Of a stretch of 64,000 nt of DNA, positions 41,461-54,738 are shown one piece after another (position 1 is the first letter of the stretch; the number at the start of each line of letters is the position of its first letter). The notes beneath the pieces are model-generated. The model did not search any database and had not been told where the DNA came from. It saw only the letters and a program-made list of their open reading frames with translations. The stretch covers positions 1,230,990-1,294,989 of the forward strand of contig NW_003526945.1 in the NCBI RefSeq assembly GCF_000181795.1. Reading direction: 5' to 3'. This stretch comes from Trichinella spiralis (taxonomy: Eukaryota). The position numbers and the translations under genes are program-made.

Positions 41461-42233
41461 CTCCCACTTTACGAAGAACACTTTCCACAAAGCGACAGTA
41501 CAGTGACCGTCGCGGCGCAGTCCACACACTGAGCACTGGTCAAGGTCAGCTGGTGGTTTGTACTTTTCATCTCCAATTGCCCGGGGCTGGTCAACTTTTC
41601 TTTTTTTCCAAAATTAGCCTGCTGTGGACCAAACCAAAAAAAGGAAAAAAGATAGCCAATAACTGTATCCAGGTCAGTCACTGTCAGTTTGCAAAACCAC
41701 TTGACCAACACTTTTGTTGACAACACAATCTCACTGTTTCGTTCAGCCAGCTCACTTTTGCTGCACAATCTCTACAGCTCAATATTTATGAATACAGCAT
41801 TGCTATATTGTCGCATTTCAATGAAAAATTTGCAAATTCATTTCACAAATGCAAAAATTCACCATTAATTGTAATATTTTGTTGTGATTATTAGTATGCG
41901 ACACGTTTCATTCAACATTACACTGAACTGAAATGCCTGCCGTTCGTTGTTTGAACATCATTTGCGTTGAAATACATGATAAATTTATTTCAAAACATCA
42001 CAAGTTTAAATTTTTTCAAATATTTCAACGTGAAAAAAACTGATGGAAATGATTCATTCTTGCAAATAAATTACTGTAATACAGTTTTACTTTTGCAATA
42101 AAATTTGCATATTTCAACTTCAACCTTTGACAAAATTTTGAACGACAGTTGTCAACTAGTTTGGAAAATTTGTTTTTGCTTAAACTTCAAAGATAGCTTG
42201 GTGTGATAATCACAATGTTCAATATTTTAATTT

Positions 42234-42284
42234 TGTAAACTGTATGATTCATTTTACAGTAAAATGTAAACTGTATGATTCATT
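42234..42284. repeat. 20-bp direct repeat TGTAAACTGTATGATTCATT x2
   Basis: Copies at 42234-42253 and 42265-42284 in the FKBP/aminopeptidase intergenic region. Confidence 0.85.
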
Positions 42285-43392
42285 CATATTTATGTTCTAT
42301 TTGAATAGACTTCATCGTTTACTTGAACTGACATTGCAATAATGGACGAGAATTATAACACACACAAACACACACACACACACACGACTATAAACGACAA
42401 AAGTAAACAAGTCACATTCACACAATGGTGAGTTGTTCTAGTCCACATGCATGCACTTGTGTATTAGTTAATGTTAATGAAAGTCCACGTTGTACAACAA
42501 TTTCATTTTTTATTCTTTTTGTAATTGAAAAACAACGGATTAATTATTTTATAAAAATTTATTTAATGCGTTAAAATCAATATTTGCTCAAGCATTGTAA
42601 CGTGATGAGCAAGTGAACGTCAGAAGATTTTATAGCTCATTATCAGCATTGAATAATGTTGTTTGCTAACTAAAAATCAACTTTACATTAGTTTGTTTTT
42701 GTTACTGTATTCCACAATACGTTGTATAAATGAATTTTTAACTCATATTTTGCATCTTTAATAAAAGTTTATCAGTGTAAAGTTCAAAATTATGTTGATT
42801 TTATTGCTTTATCTACTATAAGAAAAAAAAGTAGAATTTTTTTTTGTTTTTATATTCTACTAATATTTGAAAATTTTTTCTTAGATTCTTGTTTTATTAT
42901 TTGATAAAAGTACAAAAGTTGTAAATTAATAAGCAGTAAATGAATAAATTTTATCGGTGAACAGTGTGCATTTTGAAGCATAGCGCGCGAAAGAATTGCT
43001 TGGCTTCGATTTTGCACCAACTGATCGACGTGTTTTCATTTTTGATAAAATCAGTCATATTTAGCTTTTCAGCGGCTTATTGAATGCGGCACAGGTAAAC
43101 ACAATGGTAGCCCACCGAACTGTGCTTAGATTGGCACTGATATCAGCAAAACGGCAGTTGAATAAACATACGATTTCACTGGGGATGAATCAGAAATGAG
43201 GCACGGCAGTTGTGTGGTTGATTCAAGCTAGCATACAGGCAAAGAAAGCTGTTACGGTGGACAAGGTTGGCAAACGTTGAAATTAATCGAAATGAATAAT
43301 AATTATAGTATGTTGCGATTTTAAGAGTGGCAAAGTGCGGTGATTTCAATGTGGAAGAAGCCGAGCGAGTGGCGGACCGTTTTGGAACCTTG

Positions 43393-46300
43393 ATGCACAG
43401 CGACCTTCCATCTTTTGACATTTGCGAAGATGAACTCGACGAACTGCCGAGTAGATTACCAAGACGAGCATCGCCGATTGGTATATCTGATTTGCATACT
43501 GTACATCCAGTTTCTATAAATGAATCGAAAGCAAAATCGAAGAAGCATTTCACTTTTTCTAAGACAACGATCATTGTTTGCATCGTTTTGACTTTATTTC
43601 TTTTGATTCTTTTGATTGCTTTGCCAATTTTAATTTATAAGAATTTTCACGACTGCCAACCAAGCACTTGTGCCTCGCCTTCTTCTTCTTCTTCTCCTCC
43701 AGTATCTTCAGAATTGCTCAACTTTCTCATGCCTAGTCTGTATTACATCAGTGTCAAAGTTTACATGCCAACGTTTTCATTTGCAAAAGCCGAAGATGAT
43801 ATTCCAATATTGTTCGAAGGAAACGTTACAATATTGATGCATTGCTTCACTTCGACAAATGTGATTTATTTGCATGCGGTGGGACTGAATTTCGCCACTT
43901 CAAATGTAAAGTTGACCGAAGCAGGTCGTGGAAATGAAGTAGAAATTGTGAAAATGGAAATTCATCCCAAACAACAAATGATTCGCTTTGATACTAAATG
44001 GTCTTTGAATGCTGGCAGCGATTATGCGTTGGCCATTCTTTACAAAGGAACAGTTTCTAAACAGCAACAACCGGGCCTTTATTACATCTCCTACGCTGAA
44101 TCAGCTCAAACGAAGTGAGAATTATTTTTTTACTTTCATTATTTTGCACAAACTTAAGTATGCCCTGTTTGAAATTTACGAAATTTTAATTCGGAGTTGC
44201 TATGGAATAGATTTTACATTTTTTTCTGTTAACAAAATGTACTTTTGATATTACTTTACTGATCGAAAGTATAACCGACAATTCAGATATATTCTTGCGA
44301 CAAAGTCATCAAAAACTTCAGCTCGTCGTTGGTTTCCATGTTTCGACGAACCTCATATGAAAGCTAAATTTCAAGTTGATCTTTCATTATCAGCAGGCAT
44401 GAAAGGAATATCTAACGGTCAAGAGATAAGAGAAGAACAACTTGGGTAAATAATTTGTTCATACAACTTTCAATATTTCATAGCAAATTGACTGTTTTAT
44501 TATTTTGTTTACTAGTTGAAATATTATTAAATAATTATACTTTTTGTATTAGAAATGGATGGACAAAAATATTTTTTCAAATAACTCCAAAAATGTCACC
44601 ACATCAACTCGTGATATTTGCATCTCAATATGCATCGAAAAATATCCCTTTTGAACACAGAAAAGAGGTATTGAAGAAATATATACATATTTATTTATTT
44701 ATTTATTTATTTAAAATTGATTATTTTATCATTTTAATATATTTTTTTCGAATTGCTTAATTATATTATATATATATATATATAGATTCGAATTTGGACA
44801 AAGCCTATGCTGCTAGAGCAAACGGAATTTGCAACTTCTGTCGTTGCGACAGTTTTATCTTCGGTTCAAAATTATCTCAGTTCTGCTATTCCAGTTGACA
44901 AGTTGGGTGAGATAGCTTTCAAATCATATTTGTAAATAATAAAATGATATAATTTTAGATATTGTTGCTTTGCCAAGTTTGTTGGAGAAAGAAGAAACTG
45001 ACAATTTTTTAGGCATCGTCATCGTCAATGAACTTGGAATACTTTGTAAAAAAGAAAATTCCTGCATTTCTGCTAAAAAAAATATTATGAAAAATATCAT
45101 AAACATTCTCATTTACCAAGTATTGTTTGTACTTTATTTATTTATTTATTTATTACACTTTTGTATTTTTTAGTGGCTTGATGGTGTGGTAACTGTAAGA
45201 TGCTGGGATGAACATTGGTTTTTGAGAAGTCTGGCTAAAATTCTCAGCTACGTAATCTTAGATAAACATGATCAAAATTTAGATATGGTAATCATTATGA
45301 GATAATGATCAATATGGAGACATTGTATTATTCTGATTAAGGAAGCGGAATTTATTTTCAATGTGGTTCAACAAGCTCTCGGCGAAGAAACGTTCACAAA
45401 TTCTTACACATTAAAGAATGCAGCAGATTTTGATATTTCTGTTTCAAGTAATGCAGAAAATAAGGTAACAGTGAACGTTTGCATATTAAATTTAAAATTT
45501 AGCTAACATAAATTATTAAAATATATTTTTTTATGAATATACATTTTGAGCATCATTTTATAAGATGTAACTTGTCTTGTTTGTTTTCATTTATAGGGTG
45601 CTTCGATATTACGAATGATGTACAACATTGTTGGATTTGATGTATTCCAGAAAGTTATGTCAACATTTATACAAAAGTCTACAAATGGCAACGCCAGTTA
45701 CAATGAATTTTTTAACATTCTATCAGAGGTATGAAAATCAGAGGTATCAGAGGTATGAAGCATTTATTTATTGCAGATTTCACAAAGCCATTCAATGACA
45801 GATGAATGGAAACAAAAGTCTTGGAATGCTACGCAAATAGTAATTCCATGGATTGAACAAAGTTCATATCCTTTGGTTACTGTAATTCGAACTTATGAAG
45901 ATGGAATGGTTCAGTTTAAGCAGTCACGATTTCACATGGCTGACAAGTATGATTTTGGTATTGGGCGATGGAATATTCCTGTTGTATTTCAACATGGTCC
46001 CGGTGCAGAGAAAGTTCACGTTTGGCTGACATCAGTTGGCGAAGGCATGGAAATTGGATAAGATATGTTTTATTGTTTCTTGTATTACTGTTTATTTTAA
46101 CTTTAGCAAAATCTCCGGTTCCAAAAGCACCCTACAATTATGTGTTGGCAAATGTGGATATGCTCGCATTTTGCCGTATTCAATATGATGAAGCAAATTG
46201 GCAGCTAATTCAAATGCAATTGACGGTGCAACATGACGTAAATACTATAATTTGAAAAATTGAAATGAAAATGTCAACTTTTCTTTATTTAGCTTATCAG

Positions 46301-47919
46301 CACAAAGTCTAGGGCTCAACTACTTGACGATGCATTTGCGTTAGCCAAGTAATTGGTTAATTTTATGCTGAATGATTATTATGTTGTTGTTTAAAAAAAT
46401 TTTTTCAACAATTTTTCGCAGGGTTGGAAAATTAAATTATGCATTGGCTTTGGACTTAACGAAATATTTGCCACAAGAAAATGCTTATTTACCTTGGTTG
46501 ACCGCATCTCGACATATGAGCTTCTTTTATGATTTGCTTCATGCAACAAAATATGAAAATCAAATAAAGGTAAATTGCATAATAAAACTTTGAAATTCAA
46601 CCAGTGAATAGTTTTTCTTTTTAGAAATTTCTTATTCACATATATGAACCAATTTATCATCGTCTGGGATTTGAAACATCGTCTAAAGAAAGTTTAAATT
46701 TACAGTAAGTTCCACTGAATTGTTTCTCTCGTATGTTTTGTTAAATTGTTGTTTTTTTCAATAATTGTAATATTGATGTAATGAAAATTAAATACACAGA
46801 GAACTTCGTTCATTAATTTGGAAGCATGCTTGCAAGTTCTATTTGGCCCATTGTATTCAGACAGCAAAAAATCTTTACACTCAATATGAGCAAAGTTGTG
46901 CTGAATCGAAATCAAGTGGACTGTGCAACATGTAAGTGATTTTATTTTTTTTAAACCATGCCTGTTAATGCTTTTTATTTTACAACTTTACGCAGAATAC
47001 CGATAAGTCTGAGGCAAACTGTATACTGTACATCCATTGCCGAAGCAGGTTCAAGTCGAGAGTGGACATTTCTTTGGAGAAAATTCGTGGAAGAAGAAGA
47101 TGTTCACGAAAAGCGATCTCTTTTAATCGGTCTTTCGTGTACGAAAAATGCCATGCTCTTGAATAAGTAAGATGTGATGAATGACAGTATATAACAGTAT
47201 GCAGGTATTATTTTTGTTTGACTTTTCAGCTTGTTGGAAAAAGCTCTCGGCGGGGTAGAAATGAATGCAGAAGTTGTTTCGACAATTTTTCACCACATCA
47301 GCATGCACAACGTAGGCAATGGCATGCTGTGGGATTTCACAATACGCAACTGGGATGCTTTGCTGAAAAAGTAAGCCAAATGTGAATGAATAGTGGGAAA
47401 TTTTTCCAACGCATATTAAGCATTCCGCAGCCTTTTTTACCCTGTGGAATTTTGGTTTGAAGGACGTTCATTGATAACTTTATCTGTATTTTTTTTCATT
47501 TCACATTAAATCGTTTTTTGTCAGCATGCTAAAAAACTTGTTTAATGAAATTCTGTGTGTGTGTGTGTGTTGAAAAATAAATTTCTCTTTTTTATTCAGA
47601 TTCAACAATTCGTCTGTTCTGAATTCGGTTGTTCAAGCTGCGACGAGGTCGTTCAAAACAAGAAAACGATTAGAAGCTGTAAATTGAAATTGACACATGT
47701 AGCATGGTTTTCATGTTTTGATATATAAGATTATTTTAATTTCAGCTGGAAATGTTCTTGAGCAGCAAAGTGGATGTTGGCACCAGTCGATTCATTTTCA
47801 AACAACAGCTCGAAATTACGAGAGAAAACATTGCCTGGTTGGAACAATACAAGGATGATGTTCTACTTTGGATCAAGCACAACGTACCTGACAGTAGTCA
47901 ATTCTCAATTTATAATTGA
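43393..47919 (+). CDS. M1 aminopeptidase N-like type II membrane protein, predicted catalytically inactive; start uncertain
   Basis: N-terminal TM, P..YYI..FEGNVTI..IYLHA, ARRWFPCFDEPHMKAKF, ISNG, FQITPKMS, KGASILRMM, WIEQSSYPLV, RIQYDEANW, RAQLLDDAF, VYCTSI and ERAP1-like C-terminus; stop 47917-47919. GAMEN and HEXXH are absent. Confidence 0.9.
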
Positions 47920-48101
47920 TTTGATTTTATTTTTCTATTTATTTACAAACAATAAATTCGCTGTTATGAGAATATGCATGCATGTTTAAAGTAAATTAGA
48001 AGTCAATCAATTCGATTCGATTCCGTAGAGAGCTTCATTGACAGAAATCAAAAAGCAAATTTGGCAGTGTTCAAATGTCATGAAACAAACGGTGGTAAAA
48101 G

Positions 48102-51100
48102 TTATGCATTATTATTAGTATTATTGTTGTTAGCTGGCATTGGTTGTTTCAAACTGGTAAGTAAAATTTCCGCACCCTGTAAATATGCATTTAACATTTC
48201 TTGCAATTCATAATTCCAGGTTGAACGAATTTCCAGTTTGAATTCTTTTATCATCGACTTGGTCTCGTCACTCAACAATGGCTGTACAGATTCTTCAAAT
48301 GCTGTGAAATCCAAAAGCAGCTAAAATATACCATTTCTTATTTATTTATTTATTTATTTTTTGAACAAACGCTTGAATCAATCAATCAATCAATCAAAGT
48401 TGAATAGAGACCTGCGTGTGTTGGGATTGATTGAAAGAAGAAATGTTCGCCTTGGCGCATTGGATTATACGATCGCAATAACTTCGTATCACAAAGCCTA
48501 TTACAGTTGAATAGAGAGCGGGCGAAATTAGGAACAATTCCGCCTGGACTGAAACAATCCGAAGAATAAGATCTTTGATATAATTGCTGACGCCTGAAAG
48601 TGTGAACAAATACAGATTCAAAGTGGAAAATTGCAAATGCAAAATAATACTGGTAACCTTGCAATTTCTGCCATGAATCGGTTGAAATTTCAAAAATTGT
48701 ATTCAACATCGAACTCTTGGAAGAGATGTACAGTTTCAACAGAAACGTCCGGAAGCTGCCGTAACAGACAACGCACCGCTGCAATTTGTGATTTAGCCGA
48801 AATTTGAACGTCGAATTTGGAAAATAGAACAACATCCATCCATTCACTCACTCACCTGTTGCAGTGGTTCAGTAAGCCACATTCCATTTCTGCTCAAACG
48901 ATCGATCAACCTGGGCAAGCAGTACCTCAGCAAATAATCGCAATTAGCCAGAACGATCAGCAATTTTTTGTCCGTAATTCTGGAAGATTTCTTGGCTCTC
49001 CCTTTCGGATAATCGAACTCAAACGTCGACGATCCTTTCGACATTCCGCCCCCTGAGACGACATCATCGTCGAGTTGTTGCTGTTGTTCCAAGCCGATCA
49101 ACTTTAGCATTGTCAACTTGAACGAGCAGAGCAACCTTTCGAACCGCTTCAACAGCCCGTCCTTGTGCGATTCACTGCTCAAAAAGTCCACCTCCTTCCG
49201 GTAGTTGTTGTAGCAGAGCAGCTGCTTGAAAATTGGCAACAGCTCGTGAATGATGCTTTCAAATAAATCCGGCAGAGCTGTTTTCGACATTTCTTCATTG
49301 CAGACCAACAATTTCCAAATCTCTTTCGAAGCCAACGCCGATATACCTGACGATCAGAATGGAAATCAAAATTTTACTATATACTGTATTTGTACGATTT
49401 TACTTGATTCGGTCTGTTCGACGAAACACGCTAAACAATGCAACCGAATCTCAACGCACAAATCCATCCAATATTGCAAATATCGCTCTTCACACTCCAG
49501 ATCCAAAAATCCAGCTACGGTAGATCTGAAACATGAAGAAAACAATTATTCCAATTATCGGCGACAATGACAATACCAACGGTGACATTGCACCTCAACG
49601 ATTTCAGCAGCTGCAGCAAATAGGCAGGCTCCATTGAAGATACATCCCACTGAAGAAATGCATCGTCGTACAAATCGACAAGTTCAGAGGGGATCTTGCT
49701 CACAGGGAAGATGGCGTTAAAGACAAGCGCAGCACTCAAATTAAATATATCTAAAATCATATCCTACAACAACAGAAGAAACAATCAAGCATTTTCAATC
49801 TATCAAAAAAAGGTAAGCATACGTACTTCGACTTGTTTCGTGTGTATAATGCTATGAGATGTCAACTGGCCTGCAATGTATTCTTGAGACAATTTGACAA
49901 AGTCTTGCACTTTCGTGTCTAATATTGTACACACAGATTCGGAGAAGCGAAAACTTTGTGGAATTTGAGAAACTACAACAAGAGTAGTTAATCAGTGAAA
50001 CAAAATTGCTAAATTGAACAAATAACTTTACACCTAATTTATCGGAAAAATCATTTTCAGAATCATCAAATGTCTTCTCTTTTCCTTAAACAATATGCAC
50101 GCATATTTTTATGAATATTAAATTTCTTTTAGCAAAATACCAATTGTAAAATGTATCTTCTGACAATCTATAATTAAAGCTTTCAACCACTGGCATTGTG
50201 ATTCCAGACATATCCAGCCGGCATCGACTTCTGAATCTACAGACGTCAAATATCTACAAAAATATACATAGATATATAACAACGTTGAACCGAGTAAGCA
50301 GTTAAAAAAAAATATATATATATATACCTTATTATCCTTTTCTGTTCAGATAATGGAACTTTATGATCAACAAGCTGCCTATGAAGCGTGGATTTAAATT
50401 CTTCCATCTGTATTTCAGCTTCAGCAAATGCTACATGTTTAAACAACCAAACCATTGGAATAATTAATAGAAATTCAAATGTATAAAATGGAAACCTTCT
50501 TTGAACAGAGGCACTTCAGTTTCGCTCAGAAGAGATTTTGCCCGTGAATATTCACTCAACACTAAAGCATATTCTCCCTTGAAATAAAATACGGATATAT
50601 ACTGATTGGTAAGGACAAACAAAATTGATTATTAGCAACCTTCTCAGTGTAAACTTTCATCAGCTGAGGAAGATAAAACATGAAACGAAACCTTTGCAAC
50701 AGTGAAAGGGCATTTCTTATTGCATCTGATTGTTCCTTTCGTTTCAATACATCCACAAAAACATCTTCGCCAGTTTGGATGCAGTGATCAATTTTCGTCT
50801 GAAACTGCTCTGCCATTTCAGTTGGATTGACAAAACAGTCCTGTTCAACATGCAAACGCAAATCTAAATTCAACACGCCTAGAAATGAAAAGTTGCACAA
50901 CTTCAACTTGCCTGACATCGCATCGATACAATCTAATATGCAGCTGAGATTGGATTTCATAAATTCTTTTGGTCCTTTCTTCGACACGATAACTTGGCTA
51001 CGCATAAACTCTAAACCGGCTTTTAAATTTTCAAAACTAAATTTAAAAACCTATCAACTGTAAAATAAATCTGAAATTTTGCGAAAAATATAATCATATA

Positions 51101-51879
51101 TACTATGTTCTTGAAAAAATAAAAACAAATTAAATAATATATCATGAAGCTCACCTCACAATGCGACAGTTTTCTACTAAATATCGCACTGGATGAAAAT
51201 TTTCAAGTCGCATATTGCTACTGCTTTCTGGAAACAATTCTGACGACCAGTGATATATTGGTGTGCTAAATGAAAAACAAACTAAATCAGAGATTCTTAT
51301 TCTGCAAACGGAAAGCGCAATTTGATTCGATTCGATTAGAATAAATGAATGCCAATTTACACATTCGTTTCAACAGAAAAGCCAAGGGGGCAATCATCCA
51401 CAATTGCAGCCGCTTCCTTAGGATCACGGCGAAATGTTTCTATCATTCGTGATTCGTCAACCCAAACTGCTGTAGGTTGCAATGGCCCTGGAATGAAAAC
51501 TATGCCATTAAATAATACAATTAAAAAGTTACTAATTTTGAATTACCAATCAAAGCATGAAATATCCGGAACTGTACAGTACATGACCCACGTCCGCCAG
51601 ATTTTGTCGTTACAATTATTTCACCTGTTCCAGCTTTACAATGACTAACACGAGTGATGATTTTGTGCGAAGATTCCCATTTCAACGACTGCATGCAGTC
51701 AGCATTGCACACAGTAAGACCTGGATATAAAAATCTGAAATTTCAAAAAAAAACCAAAGAACATTACCTATAACATCACTCTGTGACAAGCCCAGATGTT
51801 CTCCTCGAATGACAATCTGTGTACCCGGCACGCCATCCTTAGGTGATAATCCAGTAACAACAGGCGCTGGACCTTTCAT
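48102..51879 (-). CDS. sec-5: Exocyst complex component 2
   Basis: N-terminal IPT/TIG domain MKGPAPVVTGLSPKDGVPGTQIVIRGEHLG, IIVTTKSGGRGSCTVQF, AVWVDE, DDCPLG, FENLKAGL, RNALSLLQRFRFMFYLP, LLIVLANC, YIKDLILRIVSVQAEL; stop at 48102. Confidence 0.95.
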
Positions 51880-54738
51880 TGAAAATTCTGCTTCAGGAAC
51901 CCAGTGGGAATTCCCACAAAAATAAAATTACCACAGCCTAATTTTCACAATTACTTAATCTATTCTTATTATAATTTGTTGACAAGTATTTTCAAAACAG
52001 CGATACCTGATTATAAAGGTCTCATTGTAGAACGAATAAAATAGAGTTGCAAATAAACTTTCTAAAATATAAAAATGTAACCAAAGGAAGTCATAAATGG
52101 ACAGACAATGCAAGTTTGAACGTGAGCATGAAAAGCAAACCAGAAAACATCAATAGCCATACTTTTATGACTGATCACTCACCTTGTGCACTGTAAGAAA
52201 CATAATAATCAGGTACAAATAAAAATGCTAGCAGTAGATGATTACACTGATACTAACGGGGGCAGACTCATTCACACGCAGTGCTCATCACAAAGCGGGA
52301 CTGTGTGGGTCAATAGTGCTATATTATTTTACATTGTTCTGACCCTGACTTCATCTTTGAAACGTATATACGACAATTCCTGAGGGGGGCATATAATTCG
52401 AAACAGAATTCTTCCTATAATACATACAGAGGCATGCTTATTTAGTTTAATGAGAAGTAGAAGTAAGATGTGAAGTAAGCAGAGAAATAAGATCACTGAG
52501 AAACGAACTGTTGCCCTGAAACTACAATGCTGCTTCAAGTCATATATCCATCACTGAATCATATTTCAAAGAAGTGGAGAATAATTGGACCCCAAAAATG
52601 AGTCTCAAATGATGTATGAATGCTGAACTTTCAGTTCTTAATGAGCTTAAGTTGACAATTTGTTTAAGCTTTGCGTGAGATAGTGTTCTTAGCCACATGT
52701 TGGAGAAAGATCAATTTCAGGCACGAAGAAGATTTTTTATTCGAGAAAAGCATGTGAGTTATCCATATCGAAGAAAAAATTGTATTAACATTGTTTAGAG
52801 AAAACTTTTCGCCATAACAATTTAGTGGAAACCGGATACCCTAGGCTGGCCGTTCGTTCATGCTTACTTATGATAGTTGTCGGATAAATAATATCAGCAT
52901 GGAAGTAAGCTACGATTGACTCAACTCAGAATATATTTCGGTTTTTTAAATAGAAAGATTTATATGAAAATTAAAGTTAATATATTTTATTTTTTGCCGC
53001 ATTAAAATAAATTTACTGACTGAGGGTCTTGGCTTTTGATTGGCTTAAAGCAAAAATTATTATAGATTACCCTGAAAAACAAATAAAGTTATTATTGTAA
53101 ATTTATTCTGGAAGATGTTAAGCATATGCAGTACTTTTGTTATTTCTTGTAATTTCAAAAAATATATGCAATGATGAATTATCGTTCCTTGAAATTTATC
53201 CATTTATTATTTAAACGCATGTTTCCCACAGTTTTTGTGTCCATTGAAAATCGTCACCCAAGTTACTATAATTTGACATAGAAGAAATGTCTCAGCAGAT
53301 TAGAAGCGCATCAGTTCAACATGAATGCCCGAGCTCGAATCTAACAGCACTGCCCAATCAACAAAGCAACATTGTTCCTTTTTTTTAATATGTATGAAGT
53401 TTCTCTGAAAAAAATATATTTATAAATTTTAATGAATTCTGAAACTATTCTTATTTTTTAAATTATACATAATAAGAAATTTCATTACAGTATAAAGTTG
53501 CACTACTGTAAATAGATTTATTGGAATGAAGGTAACTTTGTTTTACAGTAGAAATCTATTATTTATTTTAATCACTTTCATTTTTGCCGTCGTAATTAGC
53601 TGTCATTCCTCCGACTTAGTTGCTGACTTTTGACTACAGAGTATTGATGCCGATAGCAACTAATGGCTTTTTTTTGTGTTTACAGAAGGCGACTTTTGCT
53701 ATGTTTGATTATTGATTTTCTTCAGTAATTTGTCTTTTACATCTATATTTTGCATTTTGTTATAAAATAATTTAAAAGTAAGTGGCGTGCGGTTTACTCC
53801 TATGAATGAATATTATTAATTACGACTATAGTTTCAATTTTTAGAACTTCTGTATTATTTTTATCATTAATTTTGTCTGCTGTTCAGCTGTGGCTAACTT
53901 TGATTATTTGTTGTCGTTGAAGTAATAGCTATTTAGCGTGCTAATGGAATAGGATGTAGCTTCCTTACGAATTGAGTAATTGAATTTCGAAGTTGTTTAA
54001 TATATTTGATTTATATATTTTTGGGGAAACTGATATCTTATTTTCAGTTTTGTGTTATTGTAGTATGAGTAAATGATAATTAAATTAAACAGGCGTAAAT
54101 AGTTTGTATTTATATGCTACTACTAAACTTGAATTTTGAGTTACTCGCTTATTGATTGATTTAGCTGTGTAAATTATTAGCAGAATACTCCATTCTTCAA
54201 AATTCGAATAATTATTGTCAAGCAGCGATAGTTTGTCTGACATTTTATGTTTTGCCTTCGTTAATAATGACTTCTTTAATTGATACCTTTGCTGGTATGC
54301 ATGTTTTTTCGTTGTTAATTTCATCATATTATTTGTTTCATCATTAATAACATTTTATTGATCAATTTTGTTAATTATATCTGTTATTCAATTAATTTTG
54401 TTCATTCACATTTGTTATTTTCAATCGTTTTCTGCTTATTAAAAGTTTCTCACGTAATGGACGTGTATTAATGAAAAATGAAATTTAAACTAAAATAACT
54501 TTAAAACTACTTTAATCTTTTTACATTAAGTGATCTACATTTTAAATTTAAAGTTTTATTTTAAGGTTTTAAATTAAAATTACGTAATCTTTTACAGTAT
54601 ACATGGATTTTCAAGCTTTATTGTTGGATTTTTTTTCGCGAGTCGCGATGCCTGTCAAATTCCAGCTATTATTTTTTAGGCAGTTATTGTTGAATCAACT
54701 GTGATTTTTCTTTTTTTAGGTGAGAGAAATACTGAAGC

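Noticed and set aside
44195..44208. X-box-like GTTGCTATGGAATA in an aminopeptidase intron
   Set aside because: One half-site is degenerate and the position is not promoter-proximal.
52100..53400. Possible exons or decayed element between sec-5 and coronin
   Set aside because: Splice-like sites give only short frames with stops; no motif or terminal repeat recognised.
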